This document shows positions 8,217 to 17,015 of a DNA stretch of 64,000 nt, in pieces (the first letter of the stretch is position 1; every line of letters starts with the position of its first letter). The stretch lies in IMG/VR virus record IMGVR_UViG_3300049174_000047, positions 7,731-71,730 of that record, one strand, 5' to 3'. The notes under the pieces are model-generated. The model ran no database searches. It was given only the letters and a program-made list of their open reading frames with translations, and was not told the DNA's origin. This DNA comes from a virus (lineage: Duplodnaviria; Caudoviricetes). The position numbers were made by a program, and so were the translations under genes.

Positions 8217-9203
8217 ATGTTCAAAGACGCTCGCGAGCTGGATGTCCAGCGCACCGACGCCAGCTTCCGGCAGGCTCTGCGCCGCTACGCCGACGCGGCC
8301 GAGAGCTGGTTCGACGGCACCCCCGGTTCGGTGGAGGCCCGGTTCGCGGCCTGCAGTCGGTTGCTGCACTCGGTACGCGCCACCACCGCCCGGCTCAATG
8401 TCAGCGATGCCGTTCCGTTCATCCGGGCGGCCAGCCAGCTGGAAGCCGACCGTCGCGCCCTGGTGGCCCTCCACGACGATCTCATGACTGGGGCCTCCAA
8501 CCGGGAGGATGTCGCAGGGCCTCCCGGATGGAGGCTCGCCCAGTCACAGGGCATCCCGACCAGCGGCACGCCCGGCAGCTCCACGCTGCCCGGTACCGGC
8601 TCCTCCGCGCCGCCCGCCAGCTCGCCGCTGGGGCAGCCCTATGCCCCCAACCAGATGCCCATGGCCACCCCGCAGGTCTCTCCGCAGCCGGGTGCCGGGC
8701 CGATGACCCCCACCGCCAGCCTGCGCAAGCAGGCCCCCAACGCCAACCCCAAGTCCAAGCGGCTGCACGGCCCGTTCGCGGGCTTCACCGACTTCGAGGA
8801 CTGCAAGGAGAAGGCACCGGCCGGTGACCCCGACAAGTACTGCGGGAAGATCTATCACCAGGTCACCAAGGGTCGCAAGCGCAAGGGCGAGCCGCTCTCG
8901 AACTTCCAAGACAAGCAGTCCAGCCTCGAAGGCTCCGACCGGCGTTGGGTCACGCTGGAAGCGGCCAAGTTCGTCGCGGCCAACACCGACACGCTGGACG
9001 ACTCCCAAGAGCTGGCCACCCGCGCCTATCACCACGCCCAGGTGAAAACCTCGACCTTCACCCCGGCGCGGTCGGCGGCCGTCAGCGAGGCCTTCGTGAC
9101 ACAGGTGACCAGCCTGGGACTGCGGTCCCATCGTCCCGCCGTGGTCCGCACGGCCTCGATTCCCAACGTCGATGCTGTCGATCCCGCGGCGCTGTTCTTG
9201 TAA
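8217..9203 (+). CDS. Putative head-internal protein with R-x-A motifs and a PF.G..DF..C-x12-C module
   Basis: RRYA, RLA, RKQA and RTAS motifs; Cys module shared with CDS 11509-16650. Confidence 0.7.
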   Translation: MFKDARELDVQRTDASFRQALRRYADAAESWFDGTPGSVEARFAACSRLLHSVRATTARLNVSDAVPFIRAASQLEADRRALVALHDDLMTGASNREDVAGPPGWRLAQSQGIPTSGTPGSSTLPGTGSSAPPASSPLGQPYAPNQMPMATPQVSPQPGAGPMTPTASLRKQAPNANPKSKRLHGPFAGFTDFEDCKEKAPAGDPDKYCGKIYHQVTKGRKRKGEPLSNFQDKQSSLEGSDRRWVTLEAAKFVAANTDTLDDSQELATRAYHHAQVKTSTFTPARSAAVSEAFVTQVTSLGLRSHRPAVVRTASIPNVDAVDPAALFL

Positions 9204-9234
9204 ACCCACAAGGGCTTTAAGGAAGAGGCCCACC

Positions 9235-9429
9235 ATGCTCACCCAGACCGAGCGAGAAGAGATCCGACAGGTTGTTGATCAGGAACTTGCCGAAATCGAG
9301 GACCAGTGCGCCCATGCCGGTAGCTACACCTACCTGTGTCGCGTGGCCGGGCTGCACATTCTGACCCACCACCCGGTGGGCCAGGTGATACGTCACATCC
9401 CACATATCGAGAAACAGGAGGCATCATGA
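9235..9429 (+). CDS. Hypothetical protein (64 aa)
   Basis: RBS AAGGAAGAGG; ATG at 9235. Confidence 0.55.
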   Translation: MLTQTEREEIRQVVDQELAEIEDQCAHAGSYTYLCRVAGLHILTHHPVGQVIRHIPHIEKQEAS

Positions 9430-9713
9430 GCCAGCTATCCCCCGAGGTAGAGGCCCAACTCAAAGAGGCCGTGCAGGTCGCGCTGGCCAAGGGCCAGGAT
9501 CAGCCGCTGGTGGCTCAGGGCTTCCTGGGCCTGCCCACCCCCAGCCTCAACCTGGGTGACGCCAAGAGCACGGCCATCACTGTGCTGGACGACACCATCA
9601 AGGCGCTGGAAGCGGTGCTCAAGTACGGCAGCTGGATCATTCCCGACCAGTACGAGCTGCCGCTCAAGGCTCTCGATGAGGCGCTGAACAAGGTCAAGGG
9701 GCTGATCAGCTGA
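9426..9713 (+). CDS. Hypothetical protein in the lysis region
   Basis: RBS AGGAGG; ATGA overlap. Confidence 0.7.
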   Translation: MSQLSPEVEAQLKEAVQVALAKGQDQPLVAQGFLGLPTPSLNLGDAKSTAITVLDDTIKALEAVLKYGSWIIPDQYELPLKALDEALNKVKGLIS

Positions 9714-10051
9714 TGGCCGCCATTGACGACGTAAATTTGCAGTTCGTCAATGCAAATGACCAGATCCCGATGTACGACGGGGCCACCGCGGATGACTTCC
9801 CCGGCCCCCACGGCAACGGCAGCTGGCATGCCTGGGACATCCGGGGCTGGCTCAACCGGATGGTCTGGGACTATCTGCGCTTTCAGGACTGGACGACCTA
9901 CAACAAGACCAAGCCCAATCCGAAGAGCAATCGCTGGGGCATGCGCGACTCGGTGAGCCGTCAGCACAACATCGCCGAGCAGAACAACTACATGCTGCGC
10001 AAGCTCTGCGAGGCCGCCAAGATCGACCTCTCGGGCATGCCGGGGCAGTGA
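9713..10051 (+). CDS. Hypothetical protein in the lysis region
   Basis: TGATG coupling; coding-like composition. Confidence 0.7.
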   Translation: MAAIDDVNLQFVNANDQIPMYDGATADDFPGPHGNGSWHAWDIRGWLNRMVWDYLRFQDWTTYNKTKPNPKSNRWGMRDSVSRQHNIAEQNNYMLRKLCEAAKIDLSGMPGQ

Positions 10052-10052
10052 C

Positions 10053-10952
10053 ATGGCACTGGTGCTGCTCACCGTCGCAGGCACCGGGGCGGCCTGGGAC
10101 AACCCTGTCGGCCAGTATCCCGCCCAGGCGGGGTACGCGCTGGCCGACCCGGCGCTGATCGCCCGCGGTCAGTGCTGGGGGCTGCCCAACGGGATGAACT
10201 GGCGTTGGCAGGGTGTGGGCTACCCGGCCGCGGTGACGCCGATGCGGCCCAGCGTGAACGCCGGGGTCGAGGAGGTGGTGCGGCTGCTGCTGCCGTCCAA
10301 CTTCGACCCATTCGTCTACCCTCACCCCTGGCAGTTCGTGCTCGACGGCTACAGCCAGGGGGCCATCGTGGTGTGCAAGATCTGGCGCGACGAGATCCTG
10401 TCCCCAGCTGGGCGGCTGCACGACCGCGTCAACGACTGCTTGGGCGTGATCACCTACGGCAACCCCATGCGCAGCCCCGGCGTGGCCTACGGCAACACGC
10501 TGCTGTGGCACCACCCGGTGCCCGACCACCTGGACGGCTACGTCACGGGCGGGATCGCGGGCCCGGACTGCCTGCGTCCCGAGGAGTGTCTGTTCCCGGC
10601 CGGGCACCCGCTGGCCGGGAAGGTGGCCGTGTTCGACTTCGCGAACGCTGGTGACTTGTACGCGGCAGCTCCTATCAATTCAGACCCCTGGACCAAGGAG
10701 ACCGTTGTCGGACACGATGAGCGGCTCATCTACGAGATGGTGATGCAGTTCTCGGGCAAGAGCCTGTTCGGGTTCATGAAGGAGATGGTCGATCTGTTCA
10801 CCATGCCCTTCAGCCACGTCTGGCCGCTCGCCGAGGCCATCTACAACGGCATCCTGTTCGCCGGGCAGGGGTCCAACGCCCCGCATTGGCAGTACGACTC
10901 CACCCCGGCCATCACCCACCTGGACGCGCTCGGTAAGGAGCTGGCGGCATGA
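10053..10952 (+). CDS. lysB: Lysin B (cutinase-like mycolylarabinogalactan esterase)
   Basis: LDGYSQGAIV nucleophile elbow, ITYGNPMR, GDLYA (Asp), APHWQY (His). Confidence 0.88.
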   Translation: MALVLLTVAGTGAAWDNPVGQYPAQAGYALADPALIARGQCWGLPNGMNWRWQGVGYPAAVTPMRPSVNAGVEEVVRLLLPSNFDPFVYPHPWQFVLDGYSQGAIVVCKIWRDEILSPAGRLHDRVNDCLGVITYGNPMRSPGVAYGNTLLWHHPVPDHLDGYVTGGIAGPDCLRPEECLFPAGHPLAGKVAVFDFANAGDLYAAAPINSDPWTKETVVGHDERLIYEMVMQFSGKSLFGFMKEMVDLFTMPFSHVWPLAEAIYNGILFAGQGSNAPHWQYDSTPAITHLDALGKELAA

Positions 10953-11320
10953 GCTTCGGCGACTGGATCAACAAGAACATCGTCCAGCCCGTCATTGACG
11001 AGCTGCTCAAGCCCGAGAACATGGAGCGGCTGGCCCAAGGCCTGGCGCAGGGCGTGACCGAGGGGGTGGCCAAGACCATCTCCGACGAGAGCACGCGGGT
11101 GATCCGGGAGATCAGCGCCGACGCGGCCTCCAACGCCTCCAAGATCGTTGACGACATCAGCCTCAACGTCGAGCATGTCGGCGACAGCATCACCGGCAAC
11201 ATCAACAGCGTCGAGACCAACCTGATGAACAACCTCAACACCATGGTCAGCAACATCGTTCAGCAGTTCAAGGCGCTGATCCCGCAGTTCCCTCACATCC
11301 CCGGATTCGGAGGCTCCTGA
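10949..11320 (+). CDS. Amphipathic helical protein after lysB
   Basis: ATGA overlap; heptad-like pattern with no clear TM segment. Confidence 0.7.
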   Translation: MSFGDWINKNIVQPVIDELLKPENMERLAQGLAQGVTEGVAKTISDESTRVIREISADAASNASKIVDDISLNVEHVGDSITGNINSVETNLMNNLNTMVSNIVQQFKALIPQFPHIPGFGGS

Positions 11321-11436
11321 TGTGCTGGCAGAAGATCAAGGACTTCGTCCACGGAATCACCTACATGGACGTGGTGCCCCCGCCGCCCGAGGAGGAGCCG
11401 CCTCCCCCACCGGAGGATGAGTCCCCGCCCGCCTGA
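11320..11436 (+). CDS. 38-aa Pro/Glu-rich peptide
   Basis: TGATG coupling; MCWQKIKDFVHGITYMDVVPPPPEEEPPPPPEDESPPA; not in the ORF track. Confidence 0.45.
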   Translation: MCWQKIKDFVHGITYMDVVPPPPEEEPPPPPEDESPPA

Positions 11437-11438
11437 AA

Positions 11439-11475
11439 CCTGTAGAACGCCCGTCCAGCCACCAAGAAGAAGCAG
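11439..11475 (+). promoter_or_regulatory. Putative phage late promoter
   Basis: CCTGTA-N21-GAAGAAGCAG; nearly identical to 60995-61031. Confidence 0.7.
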
Positions 11476-11508
11476 AAGGACTGTACCGGCTGGATGTAGG
11501 GAGTCGAA

Positions 11509-14500
11509 GTGTCATTCGGGATTTTCGAGGCAGCAGTGTCCTCTGAGGCAGAGGCTGGGATCGCCAAGCAGGCTGCCAAGGACAGCTTCGACGCCGCGGT
11601 CTACGACGTGCGGGCCAAGCTGGGCCCCAGCCTGTTCCAGGCCAGCTCGGTCGATGAGTTCCGCGACCGGGTCGCGATGATGAAGCGCGACCAGTCGGTG
11701 TTCAAGATCATCGGCCAGCACCTGATGCCGGTCACCGGGGTGGTGCGCCGCATCGTGGGCGAGCGGGGCATCTTGGAGAAGGAGTTCAGGCGCACCCTGA
11801 TGGCCTGTGGGGGAGCCTGCGAGGGCAGCAAGGAGAAGTGCGAGGCCTGCAAGGCCCGCGAGGCCCGGCTCGTCCGCGGCGGCCCGCAGGGCCCAATGCC
11901 CGAGACCGGCGGCGAGAACATAGATGACTGGGAGCACTGGGGTACCGGCGGTCATGTGATAGACCCCTCCTCTGCCGAGGCGGGTCTGATGCACGCGGGG
12001 GGCCGTTACCGTCAGGCCGGGGAACACGATGTGGAGTGGTTCAACCACACTCAGGTCAACCCTTACAGCGGTCGGTCTGGGCCAGATGTCACGCCCAAAG
12101 GTCGTAGCCCAGGTCCAGCAGGTGAGTTTTGGGGCGAGGAGGACGAGCCGTACTGGAAGCCTCCTAAGAGTAAGGGCCGTCACCGTCAGGCCGACTTCGA
12201 CAACGGCACCGTCAACGTCAAGAGCACTTTCAGCCCGTCGGAGGGCGAGCTGCACCCCGAGGGCAACTGGGACGGCTACCTCAACAGCGTGGACCAGGGT
12301 GCCGAAGGCAAGGTGGACCGCAACTTCGAGAGCCGTCGCTACGCCCAGAGCGGGGACGCCTGGGGGATGGATGCCCCCGACAAGACCAGCGGTATGGCGG
12401 GGCCGACCGCACCCGGTTCGAGCCCGGCCAGGGGCTCTGTCAACCCTGCGCCGGGCAGCGTTCCCGCGGGCCCTGGCACACCGCTTGGTCCACAACCTCC
12501 CATGACGCCCGGTGGCGCTCCGACACCTGGTGGTGCGGTCCCGCCCGTGAGTCCAGGCCTCGGCCCAACGTCACCCGGTACCCGAGCTGGCTCGGTGGAT
12601 TATGCGGTGTACCACGACTGGTGTGAGGCCAACGGCCGCTCCCCGGCCCGGCTGTCGAGCCTGGACGTGTACGCGGCCAACCTGCCCGACGACCGCTACA
12701 TGCGGCTGGCGGCCATCATTACCTCTGTTGGAGTCGGGGTGCCCGGTCAAACCCGGCCCAAGCCGGTGCAGTCCCCCTCGGTGACCCCGGCCGTCAAGCC
12801 CGCGCCCACCAAGCTCCCGGCCACCAACGTCCAGCGCGGGGTGACCCAGAAGTGGCCCGACCAGGCCAACGTGCAGAACTGGAACCGTCGGGTGACCCAA
12901 GCCTGCAACGACACCGACTGGGAAGGGCAGCACATGCCTAAGACCCCGTCCACCAAGCTAAAGAAAAAGGACAAAGTGTCGGGCCGTCGGGGCATGATGG
13001 GCGACCCCTTCGAGCCGGGCGGCAAGCGGACTGGGCCGATACCGACTTCTTGGCGCAAGGACCCCGACCAGCGACTTCCCAAGGGCGTGCCCTCCACCAG
13101 ACTCAAGAAGAAGGACAAGGTGGCCGGGGCCCACACCGACTATATGGCCGAGGACAACCCCCAGTGGGACAAGTTCGTGGAGAGGTCCACCGTCAAGAGA
13201 CCGGCCGAGTTGGAAAAAAATGGCATTGAGCAGCTCAGGGTCAAGCGCAAGCTCAACAGCTCTCGTCAGGACCCGATGCGGGCCTACGTGGCTTGGTGCC
13301 GGGCCAACAACCTGACCAAGCTCAGTGCCCGCAACATCGCCTACTTCGCCGGGAACGACGCCGGGCTGGCCTACCACCTGGCGTACCGCGCTCGCCAGGC
13401 CATCCGGGTGGCGCGGAGGCGCTATGCCGGGGAGCACTCCATCGAGAACTATCCCCGAGATGAACCGAGGTTCCGGTCGGAAGGTCATCCCCGGCGTTAT
13501 ATGGACCCCACCGTCATGGGACCAGACGATCAGGATTCCTATGCCCAGGCCGTCACCGATCCCAGTGGGGCCCGTGGTTACCCGTCGCTGCCCAAGCACC
13601 GGGCTCCCCAGCATCGAAGTGGCGGTCGCTATGCCGGGCAGCACGACATCGAAATGGGAGTTGGCAGGACGCGGTATCGCAACCAGCGCAATCCCTACAC
13701 CGGGGACTACCCCAGCGGCTATAACGAGCAGGTTAGGCAGCGGGACTGGAATGGTGGTCCCACCCAGGAGGGGTACTGGCCTGAGCCAGAGCGCCCCGGC
13801 AAGCATCGTGCTTCCAGCTATCGCTACGCTCAGCCCGACTACCTGCAGAAGGCCGACGACGCCTTGTCCCAGCTCCTCAACCAGAAAGCTGAAGAATTTC
13901 AGGAGACCATCGCTCCGTTGCAGCAGGCGCTGGTGACCGTGCAGCAGGCCGAGCAGATCCAGCAGCAGCAGAACCCCATGAACGTCCTCCCGCCGCCGGG
14001 CACCGTTAACGTGATGCCGGGCGGGGACCAGGGGCCAGCTGGGATGCCAGCTCCTGGTGCCGAGGATCTCGGTGCTTCAGCTCAGGCCCTGGCCGGGCCG
14101 CTTGGTGGCGGTGGCGGTGGGGAAATGGGCGCTGACCAGGGAGCCCCCGGCGGGGGCCCCCCACCGGCCGCCGGGCCGGGTGGGGGCATGCCTCCTGAGA
14201 TGCAGATGGCTGCCAACCGAAGGCGTGGTGGTCGGGGAAAAGGTAGAGGGGCCATGAGGCCCCGCCAAGGGGCCAGCAACGATCCCCGTCCCGGTGAGGG
14301 CCCGGAGGAGTGGGCCCGCCGCAACAACTACGACCTGGGCCACCAGGACACCAAGACCGAGTGGCACCGGCTCAAGGGCGACCCCGAGCCCCGCGGGGGC
14401 TACGAGGCTTACCCCGGTCCCAAGCGCCGCCAGGGGGCCAACGTCAATGAGCTGTGGGAGAAGTTCCAGGCGACCCCCGGCAACACCCTGCGGGGCAGCG

Positions 14501-16650
14501 ACGACGACTACCGGGCCTTTCAGGAGCGCTTCAAGGTCGGTCCCCAGGCGCTACAGCGACTGAAGCGTCAGCACAGCACCACGGTAGGCCGCCGCGGGCG
14601 GCGCAAGCCAGCTGGAAGGCACGGCCCCACCGAGCGCAGTCATGAGGATGTCTACCAGGACTGGGCGGCCCGCCACGGGCACGACCCCGATGACTGGGCG
14701 ACATTCTTCGAGCAGATGTACACCCCCGGCCGCCATGAGCGGGAGAGCCGTCGCCGCCGTCGGCTCGCGGCCCGTCGCCGCCGGGCCAGCGAGCCCACCT
14801 TCGGCGAGAAGCTCAACGCCATCGCCGAGCAGTTCCACCCCTACACCTGGGACGTGCACGAACAGCACAACGGTCCCCAGTGGGCGCTGAACACGCTGCA
14901 GACTCATATCGACAAGGCCGATGAGCACTACGGCCCCGGCGCGATCTCCCCGGAGCAGAAGGCCGCCCTGCAGCAGCTGCACAGCGACTATCGCCAGAAG
15001 CATTTCCCGCAGGGGCGTCAGGGCATGCGTAAGCAGGCCTGGTCGGGCTGGGGCCCGGCCCAGTTTCCTAAGACCCGCCAGGTCCCCGGCTGGGACTGGG
15101 ACAAGCACCTGCTGGCCTACACCGCCGCCCGCCCCCAGCACTTCGCCTGCGACTGCGGGGAGGCCTTCTCCACCCCCGGCGGCTTCCGGGTGTGCGGGGG
15201 CTGCGGCAAGCAGTGGAACTCCTACGTGATCGGCACCGGGGGCACCAACCGCAACGCCTCGGCCGACAAGTTCCTGGTGCGCGAGATCCCCGCCCGCAAG
15301 GAGGGCGATGTGATCGTGGCCAGCCGCCGCACAGCTGGCATCTCGGAGATCTTGGAGAAGCACCGCGGCAATCGCCCTGTCAACGCCATCGAGGCCCAGG
15401 ACGCCGACTCGGACTGGCATCTGGACCGGGGCAACACCTCGGCCGCCTGGACGCTGCATAAGGAGAAGCAGCTGGGCAGGCCGATGAGTCAATGGTCCCA
15501 GGACGACTGGGCCATCGCGGGCGAGCCGCCGAAGCGAAAGGCCAGCCGCAGGCCTAATTTCAGGATGGCACTTCCTCAGATTCGTCAGCCATTGGGCAGT
15601 ATGCGCAAGCAGGCCCCGTTCGGGGGCTACAAGGACTTCGATGCCTGCACCGACGCCAACTCCGATAAACGCTCGCCTGACGCCTATTGCGGCTACATCA
15701 AGCACAAGGTGGAGGGCGGGAAGCATGAGGGCCCGCCTGGGACATTCCGTGACTACGACTGGATGCACAATCCGGTCAAGCCTCCTAAATTGGACCGCAG
15801 GCAAAACGGCACCCCGGTCATGCGAACGACGCCGAATACCGGCCCTGGCTATCCCGATGCTTATGGTGCTGACGAGTGGAATGAGGGTGGCTACTTCACC
15901 ACCCCGCCAAAGAAGCATCGCCGGGGCAGAGCCACGCGCAGGCGGGCCGAGGCCGAGGACATGGGTCTCAATCGGTTCCGGCAAGGCCCGGAGTATGGGA
16001 ATCAGAAGGGCCGTCCGGTCAATCCCAAGGCCTTCAAGCAGGAGTACAACCCCCACGTCGAGTACACCGACGAGCCTGATTACCCCGAGATGAGGGGTGA
16101 CCCCATGAATCCTGATCGCGGCGGCCCGGAATACGAGAAGAAGATGCGTGAGTATGGCCCGAGCGCCAAGGGGATTCGTGATCTCTACAAGGGCAAGCAC
16201 CCCCCTGGTGCCTACCCTCATGGCGGGTTCTGGGGGCCGAGTGGCCCCGCGGAGGCACGCTGGCCCGGACATGCCCCCGGCCAGATGGACCCGCACTTCG
16301 ACTGGTATCACGACTGGTCCCAGGAATATGTCCCGGACAGAAGGGCCGTTGATTTTCGTCCCGGCTCCCCCCGGCTCAGCGGGCGGCATCGCCTGACCGG
16401 CCCCAAGCACCAGCCCAGTAAAAGCCGTCCTTCGGTGGAGGATGCCCCCCGCCGGGCCTATCCCTCGCACCAGGAGCCGCCGCCCTACGTGACGCTGGTG
16501 GACCGCACCGGGGCCCTGCACAATCTCATCGACCCTGGTGAGATCGGCGAGGGCCAGGACACCGGCATCCCCACTATGGGTCAGATGGGCCGTGACTGGG
16601 CCCGTCGTGGTGACGGCGGGCGCTACGTGATGGGCCCGGCCCCGCGATGA
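11509..16650 (+). CDS. Giant (1713 aa) modular head-region protein A; candidate polyprotein
   Basis: Mosaic of short modules separated by basic R/K-x-A motifs; includes a CDC...C..C zinc ribbon and a coiled coil (LQKADDALSQLLNQKAEEFQ). Confidence 0.85.
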   Translation: MSFGIFEAAVSSEAEAGIAKQAAKDSFDAAVYDVRAKLGPSLFQASSVDEFRDRVAMMKRDQSVFKIIGQHLMPVTGVVRRIVGERGILEKEFRRTLMACGGACEGSKEKCEACKAREARLVRGGPQGPMPETGGENIDDWEHWGTGGHVIDPSSAEAGLMHAGGRYRQAGEHDVEWFNHTQVNPYSGRSGPDVTPKGRSPGPAGEFWGEEDEPYWKPPKSKGRHRQADFDNGTVNVKSTFSPSEGELHPEGNWDGYLNSVDQGAEGKVDRNFESRRYAQSGDAWGMDAPDKTSGMAGPTAPGSSPARGSVNPAPGSVPAGPGTPLGPQPPMTPGGAPTPGGAVPPVSPGLGPTSPGTRAGSVDYAVYHDWCEANGRSPARLSSLDVYAANLPDDRYMRLAAIITSVGVGVPGQTRPKPVQSPSVTPAVKPAPTKLPATNVQRGVTQKWPDQANVQNWNRRVTQACNDTDWEGQHMPKTPSTKLKKKDKVSGRRGMMGDPFEPGGKRTGPIPTSWRKDPDQRLPKGVPSTRLKKKDKVAGAHTDYMAEDNPQWDKFVERSTVKRPAELEKNGIEQLRVKRKLNSSRQDPMRAYVAWCRANNLTKLSARNIAYFAGNDAGLAYHLAYRARQAIRVARRRYAGEHSIENYPRDEPRFRSEGHPRRYMDPTVMGPDDQDSYAQAVTDPSGARGYPSLPKHRAPQHRSGGRYAGQHDIEMGVGRTRYRNQRNPYTGDYPSGYNEQVRQRDWNGGPTQEGYWPEPERPGKHRASSYRYAQPDYLQKADDALSQLLNQKAEEFQETIAPLQQALVTVQQAEQIQQQQNPMNVLPPPGTVNVMPGGDQGPAGMPAPGAEDLGASAQALAGPLGGGGGGEMGADQGAPGGGPPPAAGPGGGMPPEMQMAANRRRGGRGKGRGAMRPRQGASNDPRPGEGPEEWARRNNYDLGHQDTKTEWHRLKGDPEPRGGYEAYPGPKRRQGANVNELWEKFQATPGNTLRGSDDDYRAFQERFKVGPQALQRLKRQHSTTVGRRGRRKPAGRHGPTERSHEDVYQDWAARHGHDPDDWATFFEQMYTPGRHERESRRRRRLAARRRRASEPTFGEKLNAIAEQFHPYTWDVHEQHNGPQWALNTLQTHIDKADEHYGPGAISPEQKAALQQLHSDYRQKHFPQGRQGMRKQAWSGWGPAQFPKTRQVPGWDWDKHLLAYTAARPQHFACDCGEAFSTPGGFRVCGGCGKQWNSYVIGTGGTNRNASADKFLVREIPARKEGDVIVASRRTAGISEILEKHRGNRPVNAIEAQDADSDWHLDRGNTSAAWTLHKEKQLGRPMSQWSQDDWAIAGEPPKRKASRRPNFRMALPQIRQPLGSMRKQAPFGGYKDFDACTDANSDKRSPDAYCGYIKHKVEGGKHEGPPGTFRDYDWMHNPVKPPKLDRRQNGTPVMRTTPNTGPGYPDAYGADEWNEGGYFTTPPKKHRRGRATRRRAEAEDMGLNRFRQGPEYGNQKGRPVNPKAFKQEYNPHVEYTDEPDYPEMRGDPMNPDRGGPEYEKKMREYGPSAKGIRDLYKGKHPPGAYPHGGFWGPSGPAEARWPGHAPGQMDPHFDWYHDWSQEYVPDRRAVDFRPGSPRLSGRHRLTGPKHQPSKSRPSVEDAPRRAYPSHQEPPPYVTLVDRTGALHNLIDPGEIGEGQDTGIPTMGQMGRDWARRGDGGRYVMGPAPR

Positions 16651-17015
16651 TGACCGACACCCTCGGCGTCTGTGAGTCCTGCAAGGAACTCAAGGAGATC
16701 GTCTACGCCGACTCGGTGGGCCGGGAGTACTGCGACAGCTGCTTCTCCACCATGCCGGTGCCCACCCCCACCCGGATCATGGACTACCTGCTGCGCACTA
16801 TCCCGTTCCGGGTGGGCGACCGGGTGGAGGCTCGTACCGCCGCGGTGATCTTCGACGGTATCGGGACCATTGCGGAGATCTCCATCGAGCCCGAGAAGTT
16901 CGGCACCCCGGTCTACCCCAGCTTCCGGGTGGTCATCGAGGAGAAGGCGTACCCCGAGGCCCCAGACGAGCGCTGGTATATGGAGGCGCAGCTCAAGAAG
17001 GTGAAGGGTGACTAA
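16647..17015 (+). CDS. Hypothetical protein (two CxxC plus SH3-like FRVGDRV motif)
   Basis: CESC, CDSC and FRVGDRVEA. Confidence 0.7.
   Translation: MMTDTLGVCESCKELKEIVYADSVGREYCDSCFSTMPVPTPTRIMDYLLRTIPFRVGDRVEARTAAVIFDGIGTIAEISIEPEKFGTPVYPSFRVVIEEKAYPEAPDERWYMEAQLKKVKGD

Noticed and set aside
9199-9230. Tenth late-promoter copy (TGTA-N19-GAAGAGG)
   Set aside because: Spacing is 19 nt, the first box includes the upstream stop codon, and the second box doubles as the RBS
14254-15603. Internal RBS+ATG starts in protein A (14254, 15025, 15601)
   Set aside because: In frame and followed by x-A motifs, but the Shine-Dalgarno matches are weak compared with those in the protease gene
11509-16650. 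CRISPR-like array interpretation of the cassette repeats
   Set aside because: Repeats are in-frame, pairwise rather than uniform, non-palindromic, spacing is 144-207 nt, and no cas genes are present
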